From Verrucomicrobiota bacterium (GTDB taxonomy: Bacteria; Verrucomicrobiota; Verrucomicrobiia; Chthoniobacterales; UBA10450): 64,000 bases of DNA. The notes beneath the pieces are model-generated. The model did no database searches, was not told the origin of the DNA, and was given only the letters and a program-made list of their open reading frames with translations. This document shows positions 18,698-28,637 of the stretch, piece by piece; the first letter of the stretch is position 1, and each line of letters starts with the position of its first letter. The translations under genes and the position numbers were made by a program. The stretch lies in the NCBI GenBank assembly GCA_041167045.1, contig JBEEGW010000001.1:6514-70513 (forward strand), given 5' to 3'.

Positions 18698-20017
18698 CTA
18701 GAACTGTGACCGGAATGGAATCATGAGCCACTCGGTGGCGCGTTCCCAGGGCGAGCGCTTTTGAAATTCCTCTAGCGTGTATTCGCGTGCCTGAGCCAAG
18801 TCTTTTTCGAAGATCGATTCCATTTCACGCGAGAAGTTTTGATCGTAGACCACGACGTCGAGCTCTTCGTTAATTTCTGAGGAACGCGCGTCGAAATTCG
18901 ACGAACCAAACATTGAGAAGAGGCCGTCGATCACCATCGACTTCTCGTGGATCATGGTCGGCTGGTATTCGAAAATCTTCACGCCACCTTGCAGCATTTT
19001 CCCGTAAGCGGAGCGACCGGCTGATTTCGTGAGAGGCTGATCGTCGTTCGGACCGGGCAACAACAGCCGAACATCGACATGTCGATTTACCGCTTTCACG
19101 AGTTGCTCAACCTGGTCGCTCGTCGGAGTGCAATACGCATTCGTGATCCAGATTCTTTTGGTCGCAGCGGTGAAGGCGACAGCTTGGAGAAGTGGGATTG
19201 GCGCCATGGAAAATGAGCGCGACGTAACCACTTGCGCTTTGAATTCTCCGACTGGACTCAGCGCGGGAAATTGGTCCGCGCCACTGAGCGCTTCGTCGAA
19301 TGTTTTCACCCAATGTTCCTGAAATGCCGCCTGTAATTTTCCGACGAGCGGCCCTTCGATACGCGCGTGCGCATCGCGCCAATGATTCTTGTCCTGCGCA
19401 TGGCCCGACCATTTCTCGGAAAATCCAGCGGAGCCGGCAAAGCCAATCTTTCCATCGATCACCAGAATGCGACGATGCGAACGCCGATTTGTGCGGTCGG
19501 CTCTCCATGAGTGCGTCGGATGATAATAGGAAAATTTGCAGCCGGCCTCCTGCATCATGCGCACGTCCGAATTTTTCAGGCTCCATCCCGACCCAATGCC
19601 ATCGAGAAGCACGCGCACTTGCACGCCGCTGCGCGCGCGTTCGCAAAATGCATCACGAAACTGCTCGCCGATTGCATCGGAATAAAAGATGAACGCTTCG
19701 AAATTGATCGTCTTTCGGGCCGCGCCGATCGCCTTGAGCATTTCCGGGAAATAAGCGTCGCCGTTCTGGAAGATGTCGATCTTGTTCCCCGGGATCAGAA
19801 CCGGATCGCCGAGCGCCAGCGCTGAACCGATGAACTCCGGATCGCTCACGGCAAAAGTGTGCTCGAAATGATACGGCAACGAATGCCGGCGTATGAGAAA
19901 GAGACAGAAAATTAGAACGACACCGAGAAAGGAGAGCGTCACCGCGATCCAATCGCCAATCGTTAACCGCCACCAACGGTTGTTCAGCCAATGGGCAGAG
20001 CGCGCGCGTTTTGCCAT
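18698..20017 (-). CDS. cls: cardiolipin synthase (phospholipase D family)
   Basis: N-terminal TM helices and two HKD motifs (HRRILVIDGKIGFAGSAG and HEKSMVIDG...GSSNFD). Confidence 0.9.
   Translation of the reverse strand: MAKRARSAHWLNNRWWRLTIGDWIAVTLSFLGVVLIFCLFLIRRHSLPYHFEHTFAVSDPEFIGSALALGDPVLIPGNKIDIFQNGDAYFPEMLKAIGAARKTINFEAFIFYSDAIGEQFRDAFCERARSGVQVRVLLDGIGSGWSLKNSDVRMMQEAGCKFSYYHPTHSWRADRTNRRSHRRILVIDGKIGFAGSAGFSEKWSGHAQDKNHWRDAHARIEGPLVGKLQAAFQEHWVKTFDEALSGADQFPALSPVGEFKAQVVTSRSFSMAPIPLLQAVAFTAATKRIWITNAYCTPTSDQVEQLVKAVNRHVDVRLLLPGPNDDQPLTKSAGRSAYGKMLQGGVKIFEYQPTMIHEKSMVIDGLFSMFGSSNFDARSSEINEELDVVVYDQNFSREMESIFEKDLAQAREYTLEEFQKRSPWERATEWLMIPFRSQF
19073..19086. repeat. head-to-head half-motif palindrome ATCGACATGTCGAT inside cls
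   Basis: Perfect 14-bp palindrome made of two motif cores sharing the central CATG. Confidence 0.8.
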
Positions 20018-20036
20018 ATGATGACGCTTTTCTGCG

Positions 20037-20834
20037 TTACGCCGCCGTCTCGCCGACGCGCAGACTCATCCCCATCACTCCGAAAATCTCATCGCGTTTC
20101 TCCAGGTAGCCGGACGAATCGAGATCGCGCGGGCGCGCCAGATCGACATGAACAATTTTTTGAATGCTGGCCGGCCGATTGCTCAAAACCAAAATACGAT
20201 CGGCTAGCTGCACCGCCTCTTCGATGTCGTGCGTGACGAAGAGGATCGTCTTCTTTTCGCTTTGCCAGATGCGCATTAGGTCGGCGCGCATTTTTAAACG
20301 AGTGATGAAATCGAGCGCGCCGAACGGTTCGTCCATGTAAATGATGTCGGGACTGGCGGCGAGCGCGCGCGCGATTTCGACGCGTTGCTTCATACCGCCG
20401 GAAAGTTCGCGCGGATACGCATTTTCGAAACCGTTCAGTCCGACCATGTCGATGTAATGCGTTAAAATGCGATCGCGTTCCGCGCGGCCCTGCTGTCGCA
20501 AACCGAAACAAATGTTGTCGCGCACATTGAGCCACGGAAACACGCCATTCTCCTGAAAAACAAAAATGCGACGCGGATCCGGCCCGCGCACCAGTTCTCC
20601 TTCCACCAAAACTTCGCCGGAAGTCGGTTCGAGAAAACCAGCCACGATATTCAGCAATGTCGATTTTCCGCAACCACTCGGGCCGACCAGACAAACGAAC
20701 TCGCCCTCCGCAACTTCGGCGCTGATGTTCGCGAGCACAGAAGTCTCTTCGCCGGCGCGTTTGCCCGGAAATGACATCGACAAATTGCGAATGGAAATGG
20801 CGGCTGAGCTCATTGTCGATTGGCGTAACCCCAA
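20037..20834 (-). CDS. ABC transporter ATP-binding protein (NitT/TauT family)
   Basis: Walker A GPSGCGKST, signature LSGGMKQR and Walker B IIYMDEP. Confidence 0.9.
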   Translation of the reverse strand: MGLRQSTMSSAAISIRNLSMSFPGKRAGEETSVLANISAEVAEGEFVCLVGPSGCGKSTLLNIVAGFLEPTSGEVLVEGELVRGPDPRRIFVFQENGVFPWLNVRDNICFGLRQQGRAERDRILTHYIDMVGLNGFENAYPRELSGGMKQRVEIARALAASPDIIYMDEPFGALDFITRLKMRADLMRIWQSEKKTILFVTHDIEEAVQLADRILVLSNRPASIQKIVHVDLARPRDLDSSGYLEKRDEIFGVMGMSLRVGETAA

Positions 20835-21658
20835 CGCACTTCATCGAATTTTTCCAGTCGCCGAACGAGGAGATCGAGAATAAGGCCGATCAAACCGATC
20901 ATGACCATACCAGCGACGACGAGATCGTAGCGCTTGCCGGCGTTGCGCGCGTCGATGATCAAATAGCCGAGGCCGCTGTTGACCGCGATCATTTCCGCGG
21001 CGACGACCACGAGCCAGGCGACGCCGAGCGCGATCCGAATGCCGGTGATGATTTGCGGCAAGCTCGCGCGAAAAATTACCTGCCGAAAAAGTTCGCCGCG
21101 GCTGAGTCCAAAATTTTGCGCGGCGCGCAAATAAACCGGCTGCATGTTTTGCACGGCGGCGATCGCGGAAACGGTGATTGGGAAAACGCTGGCCAGGAAA
21201 ATCAAAAAGATCGGCGCGGCGTCGCTCACGCCGAACCAAAGGATCGCGACCGGAATCCAGGCGATGGGCGAGATCGGCCGCAGGATTTGAATGATCGGGT
21301 TGAAAGCTTGAAAGGCGCGACTGTACCAACCGAGGAGCAAACCGCTCGGCACGCCGACAACGACCGCGAGCGTAAATCCCCACGACACACGAAAGAGCGA
21401 CGCGACGATATACTTTAGAAGCAGGCCCTTTTGCACGAGCTCCACAATTCCGGCAGCCACGCCCACTGGCGTGGGGAACAAATCGCTGTGCGACAGTCGC
21501 ACTGCCACGCCCCACAACGTAAAAAAGATCGCGAGCGTTCCCACAGGGCGCACGATTTGAAAAAAAGAGGAGTCCGGATTTCTGAACCACTCGAAGCGTC
21601 GTCGCGCGCGCGTCGTCGGGGCGCGGTCGATTGCGATTTCCGCCTGGCTGCCGTTCAT
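20810..21658 (-). CDS. ABC transporter permease (NitT/TauT family)
   Basis: Six-TM BPD-transporter permease. Overlaps the ATPase gene. Confidence 0.85.
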   Translation of the reverse strand: MNGSQAEIAIDRAPTTRARRRFEWFRNPDSSFFQIVRPVGTLAIFFTLWGVAVRLSHSDLFPTPVGVAAGIVELVQKGLLLKYIVASLFRVSWGFTLAVVVGVPSGLLLGWYSRAFQAFNPIIQILRPISPIAWIPVAILWFGVSDAAPIFLIFLASVFPITVSAIAAVQNMQPVYLRAAQNFGLSRGELFRQVIFRASLPQIITGIRIALGVAWLVVVAAEMIAVNSGLGYLIIDARNAGKRYDLVVAGMVMIGLIGLILDLLVRRLEKFDEVRWGYANRQ

Positions 21659-22710
21659 CTTCGTGTCGGCGGCTCCCAGGCGTGCGCTTGAAGATTAGAG
21701 GCCGCGTTCGCGAACGTCGGATCGGCGTAGTCTTCGAAATGCGCGCTGCCATTTAAAATGCCGGATTCGCGACCGAGCGCCTCGATTTCCTCAAAATCCT
21801 TTTTCAGCGGAAGGAGATTTGTGTATTTCACGCGGTCGGGCGGCTTGCTCAGCACAAATGTGAGAAGCCGCGGATCCTGGTGATAATAATATTTGCTCAC
21901 GAACTGCGCCGCTTCCATGCGGTGGTCCATTTTTTGATCGAGCCACTTGCCGCTTTTGGCGATGCCGTCCACGAGCTGCTGCACCTCCGCGCGCCGTTTG
22001 TGAATGGCGTTCTCATTCACGGCCAGCACACACGAAATGAAATTCGGCCAGACGTCTTTCGTCAGGTAAAGAATGCGACCATAACCATCGAGCTCAGTCT
22101 GGCCCATGAATGGTTCGCCCGAAGTAATCGCGTCGACCGATCGCGAATAAAGCGCAGCCGGCATGTCCGGTGGCGGCATTTCGACGATATGAATGTCGTC
22201 GATGCTCATGCCGCGATCGCGCAGCGCTTTGTAGAGAAGCAATTTCTGGTTCGCGAAACGGCTCGGCACCGCCACGGTCTTGCCTTTCAGATCTTCAATG
22301 CGGAAAATTTTTGAATCTTTGTGCACCATCATCGCCGTGCCGTCGCGGTGACCGAGATACACGATCTTGATCGGCACGCCCTGTTCGCGTAACGCCATCG
22401 CCATCGGCGCGAGAATAAATGTCGCCGGCATCAGTTCCGGTTTTCCCAGAAACGTTTCTTTCAACTCCGGAAATCCATTGAAGCGCATCGGTTGAAAGAA
22501 GCTTCCGCCTTCCATGCTTTGATTAATGAAGTCGGTCACCGGACAGGTGAGATGACACGTCACCGGAATGAAGCCGACGCCAAACTTCGCCGGGCCGCCA
22601 CGCGCGGTCCTCTCCGGGCGGAATGAATTCAAATTGAGCGCGCCATGCAACAGCGTGATAGCGATCAACCAGGTTGCGCCGAGTGTGATTAAGGTTTTCC
22701 GGAACGACAC
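21655..22710 (-). CDS. ABC transporter substrate-binding protein (NMT1/SsuA-like)
   Basis: Signal peptide plus a periplasmic binding fold. Overlaps the permease gene. Confidence 0.8.
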   Translation of the reverse strand: MSFRKTLITLGATWLIAITLLHGALNLNSFRPERTARGGPAKFGVGFIPVTCHLTCPVTDFINQSMEGGSFFQPMRFNGFPELKETFLGKPELMPATFILAPMAMALREQGVPIKIVYLGHRDGTAMMVHKDSKIFRIEDLKGKTVAVPSRFANQKLLLYKALRDRGMSIDDIHIVEMPPPDMPAALYSRSVDAITSGEPFMGQTELDGYGRILYLTKDVWPNFISCVLAVNENAIHKRRAEVQQLVDGIAKSGKWLDQKMDHRMEAAQFVSKYYYHQDPRLLTFVLSKPPDRVKYTNLLPLKKDFEEIEALGRESGILNGSAHFEDYADPTFANAASNLQAHAWEPPTRR

Positions 22711-22763
22711 AGGGTCAGAAGCGTCCCTGATTCGGCGACCGCGCGCAAGCTTAGCGCTGCTCT

Positions 22764-25010
22764 TCAGAGTAGTTGATAAGGATCGACATCGATCGCTAAC
22801 GCTACTTCTTCCGGCAATGGAAGTTTATCGAGCGTTTCGCGAATGATCCTGCTCAACCGCATGATGGCCGCGCCGCGTATTAGAATGTGAAAACGAAACT
22901 GGCCTTGCAGTTTTTCCAGCGGCGCGGGCGTTGGCGCGCTCAAGATGAATTCATCGGGCAACGCTTCTTTCAAGCGGCGCGCGATCGTTTCGGCAGAAAA
23001 TTTCGCATGCGTTTCATGTTCTGAGCGCACGGTTAGAAGCACCGCATGCTTGAATGGCGGAAAGTCACAGCGTTCACGAAACTCAAGCTCCTGTTGAAAA
23101 TAGCCGGCGAAATCGTGATGACGCGCGAATTGGATGGAGGGACTAAAAGGAGTGTAAGTTTGCACGAATACTTCGCCGGGTGTTTCGCCGCGGCCGGCGC
23201 GACCGGCCACTTGCGTGAGCAACTGAAAAGTCCGTTCGCCCGCGCGAAAGTCCGGCATATGCAGCGCGAGATCGGCGTTGATGATTCCGACCAGCGTCAC
23301 GTTCGGAAAATGCAGACCTTTCGCGATCATCTGCGTGCCCACGAGTATGTCGATCTTGCCGGCGCGAAAGTTCCGCAGCGTTTCGCGATAGGAATCTTTG
23401 CGCGTCATGGAATCAGCATCCATTCGCTTTACAACCGCTTTCGGAAAAATCTGCGAAACATTCGCTTCCACTTTTTCCGTGCCGAATCCGGAGTAAATCA
23501 GCGCGTCCTGGCCGCAAGCCGGACATTTTTTTGGAACGGCCGCAGTGTGACCGCAAAGGTGACAGCTCAATCGTGCCGCGTTGCGATGAAATGTGAGCGC
23601 GACACTGCAGTTCGGGCAATTGCGCGCTTCGCCGCAATTGCTGCAAAGCAGTGAAGTCGAAAATCCGCGCCGATTCAGAAACAGAATTGTTTGCTCGCGC
23701 TTTTCCAGGCGAGCAGCGATCGCGGTCCGCAATTTTTCTCCGAGAATGGTGAACGCTTTCTCTTTTCGACGCTCCTGCCGAAGATCGACAATGCGCATGA
23801 GCGGCATCTGATTTTCGTCGACACGTTGCGTGAGATTCGCGAGGCGGTACTTGCCGCGCGTCGCGTTGAAGTAACTTTCGAGCGACGGCGTGGCGCTGCC
23901 GAGCACGACGATGCAATTCTCGATCTTCCCGCGCACAACCGCGACATCGCGCGCGTGATAACGCGGCGCTTCTTCCTGTTTGTAAGTCGTCTCGTGTTCT
24001 TCATCCACCACGATCAGTCCGAGATTTTCGAGCGGCGCGAAGATTGCGCTGCGCGCGCCGATGACGATGCGCGCACGGCCCGATTGGATCTTGTGCCATT
24101 CATCGTGCCGTTCGCCTTCCGATAAATGACTGTGTAAGACAGCAACCATGTCCGGCGTTTCGGTGAAGCGGCTCTTAAGGCGCTCCACCGTTTGCGGGGT
24201 GAGCGAAATTTCCGGCACTAGCACGATCGCGGTTTTTCCGCGCGCGAGCGTCGCTTGCATGGCCTGTAAATAAATTTCGGTCTTGCCGCTGCCGGTCACA
24301 CCGTGCAGCAAAATCGGCTGCGCCTTTTCCGGAACGGCCAGCGCTTCGTCGATCAAACGCAGCGCGACGGTTTGCTCCTCGTTGAGAACGAGATTGGTCG
24401 TGGCGATGAATTGCTCGTCGCCATGCGGATCGCGCGCAACGGATTCTTCGCGAAGCTCGATGAGTCCGCGTTTTTGCAGCGCGCGCAACGTTTGATTATC
24501 GAGCGAAGTTTGCCGGAGCAGATCGGCGGCGGCGATCGGCGCCGTCAGTTTCACGATCGCATCGAGCAGCTCCGCCTGACGCGGCGCGCGTTTTCGCAGC
24601 TTCTCGAGTTCGTTTATGTCGATCTTGTCCGCCGGCTGCACGAACAATTGTTTCTTCCAACCGATCTCAGCGCGCCGTATGACTTGCGGCAGCAAACTGC
24701 GGATGACCGCTTCGATCGCGCAGCAATAATAAGCGCTCATCCACTTTGCTAGCTCGAGCATTTTCGGGTTGAGCGCCGGTTTTTCGCCAACGAGCGCCTC
24801 GATTGGCCGGATTCCTTCCGCGTCGCTTTGATCGAGGAGAGCGACGACGGTGCCGAGCGCGTTGCGTTCGCGAAATGGAACGCGCACGCGCGAACCCACG
24901 CCCACTCGCCCCGCGAAGGTGGGCGGCAACGCGTAGTCAAGCGCGCGATGAATCGCGCGATCGAGCATGACCCGCACATAGGCCGCGCTTTCGTTTTCGG
25001 TTGCGCTCAT
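22764..25010 (-). CDS. priA: primosomal protein N' (replication restart helicase PriA)
   Basis: 748 aa with Walker A GVTGSGKTE, a DEEH box and a Cys-rich zinc-binding region (CSNCGEARNCPNCSVALTFH...CHLCG). Confidence 0.9.
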   Translation of the reverse strand: MSATENESAAYVRVMLDRAIHRALDYALPPTFAGRVGVGSRVRVPFRERNALGTVVALLDQSDAEGIRPIEALVGEKPALNPKMLELAKWMSAYYCCAIEAVIRSLLPQVIRRAEIGWKKQLFVQPADKIDINELEKLRKRAPRQAELLDAIVKLTAPIAAADLLRQTSLDNQTLRALQKRGLIELREESVARDPHGDEQFIATTNLVLNEEQTVALRLIDEALAVPEKAQPILLHGVTGSGKTEIYLQAMQATLARGKTAIVLVPEISLTPQTVERLKSRFTETPDMVAVLHSHLSEGERHDEWHKIQSGRARIVIGARSAIFAPLENLGLIVVDEEHETTYKQEEAPRYHARDVAVVRGKIENCIVVLGSATPSLESYFNATRGKYRLANLTQRVDENQMPLMRIVDLRQERRKEKAFTILGEKLRTAIAARLEKREQTILFLNRRGFSTSLLCSNCGEARNCPNCSVALTFHRNAARLSCHLCGHTAAVPKKCPACGQDALIYSGFGTEKVEANVSQIFPKAVVKRMDADSMTRKDSYRETLRNFRAGKIDILVGTQMIAKGLHFPNVTLVGIINADLALHMPDFRAGERTFQLLTQVAGRAGRGETPGEVFVQTYTPFSPSIQFARHHDFAGYFQQELEFRERCDFPPFKHAVLLTVRSEHETHAKFSAETIARRLKEALPDEFILSAPTPAPLEKLQGQFRFHILIRGAAIMRLSRIIRETLDKLPLPEEVALAIDVDPYQLL

Positions 25011-25119
25011 TTCATTTTATTGCTCGCGAGAAAATTGCGTAAATTGGGGATGAGATGAGTTTGCCCGCCTCCGCGCAGTTATCCAGTTTTTCGCGGAGCG
25101 GCGATTCACTTTATCGAGC

Positions 25120-25722
25120 ATGATCCGATTTTTTTTAAAGCTGATCATTTGTCTGTTTCTGGCCGGCGCGGCCGGGGTCGGATTACTCTCGCTGCGTTCG
25201 GGCGATCCGTTTTATTCGATCCAGGAATGGATCAGTCCGGCGCGTTTTCAACAATACGATCCGCTCATTCGGACAATCGCGGCCGAGCATCATCTCGATC
25301 CGATGTTGCTCAAGGCGATCGTGTGGCGCGAAAGTCGTTTCGACCCAAACAAATTCGGAAGCGCGGGCGAGCGCGGCCTCATGCAAGTGAGCGAGAAAGC
25401 GGCCAACGAATGGGCGCGCGAGAACAAGATCGACAATTTTCAAGCGGACGAATTGTTCGACGCGAAAACGAATTTGGAAGCGGGCAGCTGGTACTTGCAT
25501 CGCGCCATGCAACACTGGGAAATGCAGCGAAACCCGTTGCCATTCGCGCTCGCCGAATACAATGCGGGCGCAAGCCGGGCGCAGCGCTGGGCTGGCGCAG
25601 GCGATACGGCCGCGATGTCGAGCGACACTTTTCGCGGCAACATTGATTTCCCCGGAACGCGCGGGTATGTCGATTCAATCATCGCGCGCTACCAATTTTA
25701 CAAACATCGCGGCCGGATGTGA
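25120..25722 (+). CDS. lytic transglycosylase (SLT domain), secreted
   Basis: ESRF...GLMQV...AEYNAG motifs with an N-terminal signal/TM. Confidence 0.8.
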   Translation: MIRFFLKLIICLFLAGAAGVGLLSLRSGDPFYSIQEWISPARFQQYDPLIRTIAAEHHLDPMLLKAIVWRESRFDPNKFGSAGERGLMQVSEKAANEWARENKIDNFQADELFDAKTNLEAGSWYLHRAMQHWEMQRNPLPFALAEYNAGASRAQRWAGAGDTAAMSSDTFRGNIDFPGTRGYVDSIIARYQFYKHRGRM

Positions 25723-25726
25723 GAAA

Positions 25727-27484
25727 ATGGACAAAGCCGCGATCGCTGACGTCTTGGAAAATATCGCCACGCTCCTCGAACTAAAGGGCGAGAATCCGTT
25801 CAAGATCCGCGCTTACATTAACGCGGCGCGTTCGCTCGAGACGTGGGGCGGAAATTTTTCCGACCTGTCGAATGAAGAAACGCTCGAGAAAATTCCGGGC
25901 ATCGGCAAAGCGATCGCCGCGAAAATCAGAGAACTGGTCGAGACCGACGCGCTCAAATTTTACGAAGAACTGCGCGCCGAATTTCCCGCCGACATCCTGG
26001 AATTATTTTCGATTCCCGGGCTCGGCGCGAAAAAAATCAAAGCGCTTTATGAAAAGCTGAAAGTGAGCTCGATCGCGGAATTGCAAAAAGCCTGCGAATC
26101 CAATCTCGTCGCGGAACTGCCCGGGTTCGGCAAGACTACGCAGGAGAAGCTTTGTGAAGCGATTGCCAAACGCGCCAAACACGCGGGCTCATTTCAACTT
26201 GGCCAGATCACGGCGGAGGCCGAGACGCTGCAAAACGATCTGCGCGCACATCCGGACGCGCAGCATGTTTGCATCGCCGGGAGTTATCGCCGGAGCAAGG
26301 AGATCGTGCGCGATCTCGATTTTATCGTCGCAACGAAAAAGCCGGCCGCGATTTCAAAAATCTTCATCGAAGACGCGCTCGTGGAATCGGTTATCGCGCA
26401 AGGCCCCACCAAATCGAGCGTCCGACTGCGCTCCGGGATTCAATGCGATCTTCGCGTGGTGACTGACGCGGAGTATCCGTTCGCGCTAAATTATTTTACC
26501 GGCAGCAAGGAGCACAACATCGAGATGCGCAGCCGCGCACTGAAACGCGGCTGGACTTTGAACGAATATCGCATCGCACCGCTTCCGCCGGATCCGGAAG
26601 CGAAAAAGACAAGATCGACATATAAAATTCCGCGCGTGCGTGATGAGGCGGAATTGTATCGCGCTCTCGATCTCGATTTTATTCCGCCGGAGCTGCGTGA
26701 GGACTGCGGGGAATTTGCGGCGGCGGCGAATCATTCGTTGCCAACGCTGATCGAGAAAGAAGATCTGCGCGGAACATTTCATTGCCACACCACTGCGAGT
26801 GATGGGCACAATTCGCTCGAAGAGATGGCGGCCGCGGCGCAGGCGCTCGGTTTGCAATATCTCGGCATCGCCGATCACAGCCGCAGTTCGGTGCAAGCGC
26901 ACGGTCTCGACCGAACACGATTGCACGCGCAGGTGAAAGCGATCCGCCAGCTGAATGAAAGTTCCAAAAAGTTTCGGATCTTCGCCGGCGTGGAGTGCGA
27001 CATCTTGCGCGACGGCTCGCTCGACTTCGACGACGAAACGCTGGCGGAAATGGATTACGTGGTCGCATCCGTGCATTCGAGTCACGGCATGCCGGAAGCG
27101 GAAATGACGGCGCGAGTCATTCGCGCGATCGGGAATCCGTTCGTCACGATCCTGGCGCATCCGACCGGGCGACTGCTGCTCAAGCGCGATGGTTACAAGA
27201 TCGACATACCCGCGGTCATCGATGCCGCGGCGGCGACTGGAACCTGGATTGAAATTAACGCCGCGCCCAAGCGACTCGATCTTGATTGGCGCTGGTGGCC
27301 GCGCGCGAAAGAAAAAGGAGTGAAGTGCGTGATCAATCCCGACGCGCATCGCGTGGAGCGATTGCGAGATTTGTGGTTCGGCGTGGGCGTGGCGCGCAAA
27401 GGTTGGTTGACGAAAGATGACGTAATGAATTGTTTGCCGATCGACAAGATCGACATGGCGTTGCGGGCAAAGCGCGAGCGATAA
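25727..27484 (+). CDS. polX: DNA polymerase X family protein with C-terminal PHP phosphoesterase domain
   Basis: Pol beta-like HhH/palm N-terminus (GIGKAIAAKI, GSYRRSKEIVRDLDFIV) plus a PHP domain (HCHTTASDG). The start is called at the ATG at 25727, after the SLT stop; the ORF-track start at 25562 overlaps the SLT gene. Confidence 0.85.
   Translation: MDKAAIADVLENIATLLELKGENPFKIRAYINAARSLETWGGNFSDLSNEETLEKIPGIGKAIAAKIRELVETDALKFYEELRAEFPADILELFSIPGLGAKKIKALYEKLKVSSIAELQKACESNLVAELPGFGKTTQEKLCEAIAKRAKHAGSFQLGQITAEAETLQNDLRAHPDAQHVCIAGSYRRSKEIVRDLDFIVATKKPAAISKIFIEDALVESVIAQGPTKSSVRLRSGIQCDLRVVTDAEYPFALNYFTGSKEHNIEMRSRALKRGWTLNEYRIAPLPPDPEAKKTRSTYKIPRVRDEAELYRALDLDFIPPELREDCGEFAAAANHSLPTLIEKEDLRGTFHCHTTASDGHNSLEEMAAAAQALGLQYLGIADHSRSSVQAHGLDRTRLHAQVKAIRQLNESSKKFRIFAGVECDILRDGSLDFDDETLAEMDYVVASVHSSHGMPEAEMTARVIRAIGNPFVTILAHPTGRLLLKRDGYKIDIPAVIDAAAATGTWIEINAAPKRLDLDWRWWPRAKEKGVKCVINPDAHRVERLRDLWFGVGVARKGWLTKDDVMNCLPIDKIDMALRAKRER
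27439..27455 (+). repeat. tandem overlapping copies of the hyper-abundant motif (GATCGACAAGATCGACA), encoding IDKIDM in the PolX C-terminus
   Basis: Read directly from the sequence. Exact 10-mer AAGATCGACA at 27446..27455, preceded by GATCGACA at 27439..27446. Confidence 0.9.
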
Positions 27485-27487
27485 CAG

Positions 27488-28312
27488 CTACACGCTCTCG
27501 CGTTGCGGCATAAACATGGTCAAACATTTGCAAGCGCCGCCCGCTTTTAGAAATTCACTCATCGGCAGCGCGTGACATTTGTAACCGCGCTCGCGCAGTG
27601 TCGCGACCAAAGTCGGCGCGCCTTCTGGCAAAACGATGTCGCGCTCGAGCACCACGGCGTTACAGGAAAAATGCGCCGCTTCTTCCGGCAACACATCAAT
27701 TAATTTTCCGACGTGGTCGCGGATCACGCGCTGGCCGTAATCATCAAACGCGGCCGGAAACCAAACCGCTCCGCCATCCGGCAACGGACAAAAACAAGTA
27801 TCGAGATGATAAAAACGTGGATCGACAAGTTCGACGGAGATAACGAGACAGCCGAGCATGTCCGCAACGGCGCGATGCGATTGAATGTCCGAGCGAAATT
27901 TGTAACCGCAAAAAAGTGCATCGCCGCCGAAGAGCGCATCGCCTTCGCCTTCGAAATACAAATCCTTGGGAAGCCATGAGATTTCGTAGCCATGCGATTC
28001 CATCCAGCGTGCGAAATGCGGCGCTTCGCCGGCGCGTTCCTGGTGGCGGAAATTGCTCGGAATAAAACGGCGACCGACCGTCAATCCGGCGTTCGCAGTG
28101 AAAACCATGTCCGGAAGTTTCGGCTGTGGCGGAATCAATTCGATCTGGCAATCCAACTTCGACAATGTTTCGAAGAGACCCTTCCATTGCTTTTGCGCGA
28201 CGGGGATCTCGGCGCCCCGAGCGCGGCTCATCCACGGATTGATTTCATACTCGATCCCGTAATGATCGGGCGCGCAGAGCAGCAATTCGGTCCGAACCGG
28301 ACTGGCATTCAT
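27488..28312 (-). CDS. amidinotransferase-superfamily protein (DDAH / arginine deiminase-like)
   Basis: 274 aa with a C-terminal catalytic Cys context (GGACKCLTM), typical of the pentein / amidinotransferase fold. Confidence 0.6.
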   Translation of the reverse strand: MNASPVRTELLLCAPDHYGIEYEINPWMSRARGAEIPVAQKQWKGLFETLSKLDCQIELIPPQPKLPDMVFTANAGLTVGRRFIPSNFRHQERAGEAPHFARWMESHGYEISWLPKDLYFEGEGDALFGGDALFCGYKFRSDIQSHRAVADMLGCLVISVELVDPRFYHLDTCFCPLPDGGAVWFPAAFDDYGQRVIRDHVGKLIDVLPEEAAHFSCNAVVLERDIVLPEGAPTLVATLRERGYKCHALPMSEFLKAGGACKCLTMFMPQRESV

Positions 28313-28346
28313 AAGATCGACAATCTACTCGCGAAACATTTCGGAG

Positions 28347-28589
28347 TTAATTTTGCGCGCGAATAACTTCGGCGCCCTGGTCGCGCAAACGCCCGATCAA
28401 TTCGTCGAGTTGTTCGCGCGTTTGCACAGTTACTTCAATGCGCGCTGAACTCGGATCGACGCGTTTCTGCCCGATTTTGAACTCGACGATGTTGAAAGTC
28501 GCGCCGCGGATCAGTATTTGATCGAGAACCTTTGGCAAAGTGAGCGAATCGATGATGTGACCGCGCAGTTCGATCGTCTCCGAAACCAT
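28347..28589 (-). CDS. small NIL-domain-like protein (hypothetical)
   Basis: 80 aa. Resembles the MetN C-terminal NIL/ACT-like domain (NIVEFKIG...ARIEVTV...LIGRLRDQGAEV). Not ThiS; it lacks a C-terminal GG. Confidence 0.3.
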   Translation of the reverse strand: MVSETIELRGHIIDSLTLPKVLDQILIRGATFNIVEFKIGQKRVDPSSARIEVTVQTREQLDELIGRLRDQGAEVIRAQN

Positions 28590-28637
28590 TCGCCGAATTT
28601 AGCCACGCCGCGCAGCTGCGCCAGTCGCGTTGGGCGT

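Noticed and set aside
25562-25726. Upstream extension of the PolX ORF (track start 25562).
   Set aside because: It overlaps the SLT gene in another frame and is Arg-rich. The conserved PolX N-terminus begins at the ATG at 25727.
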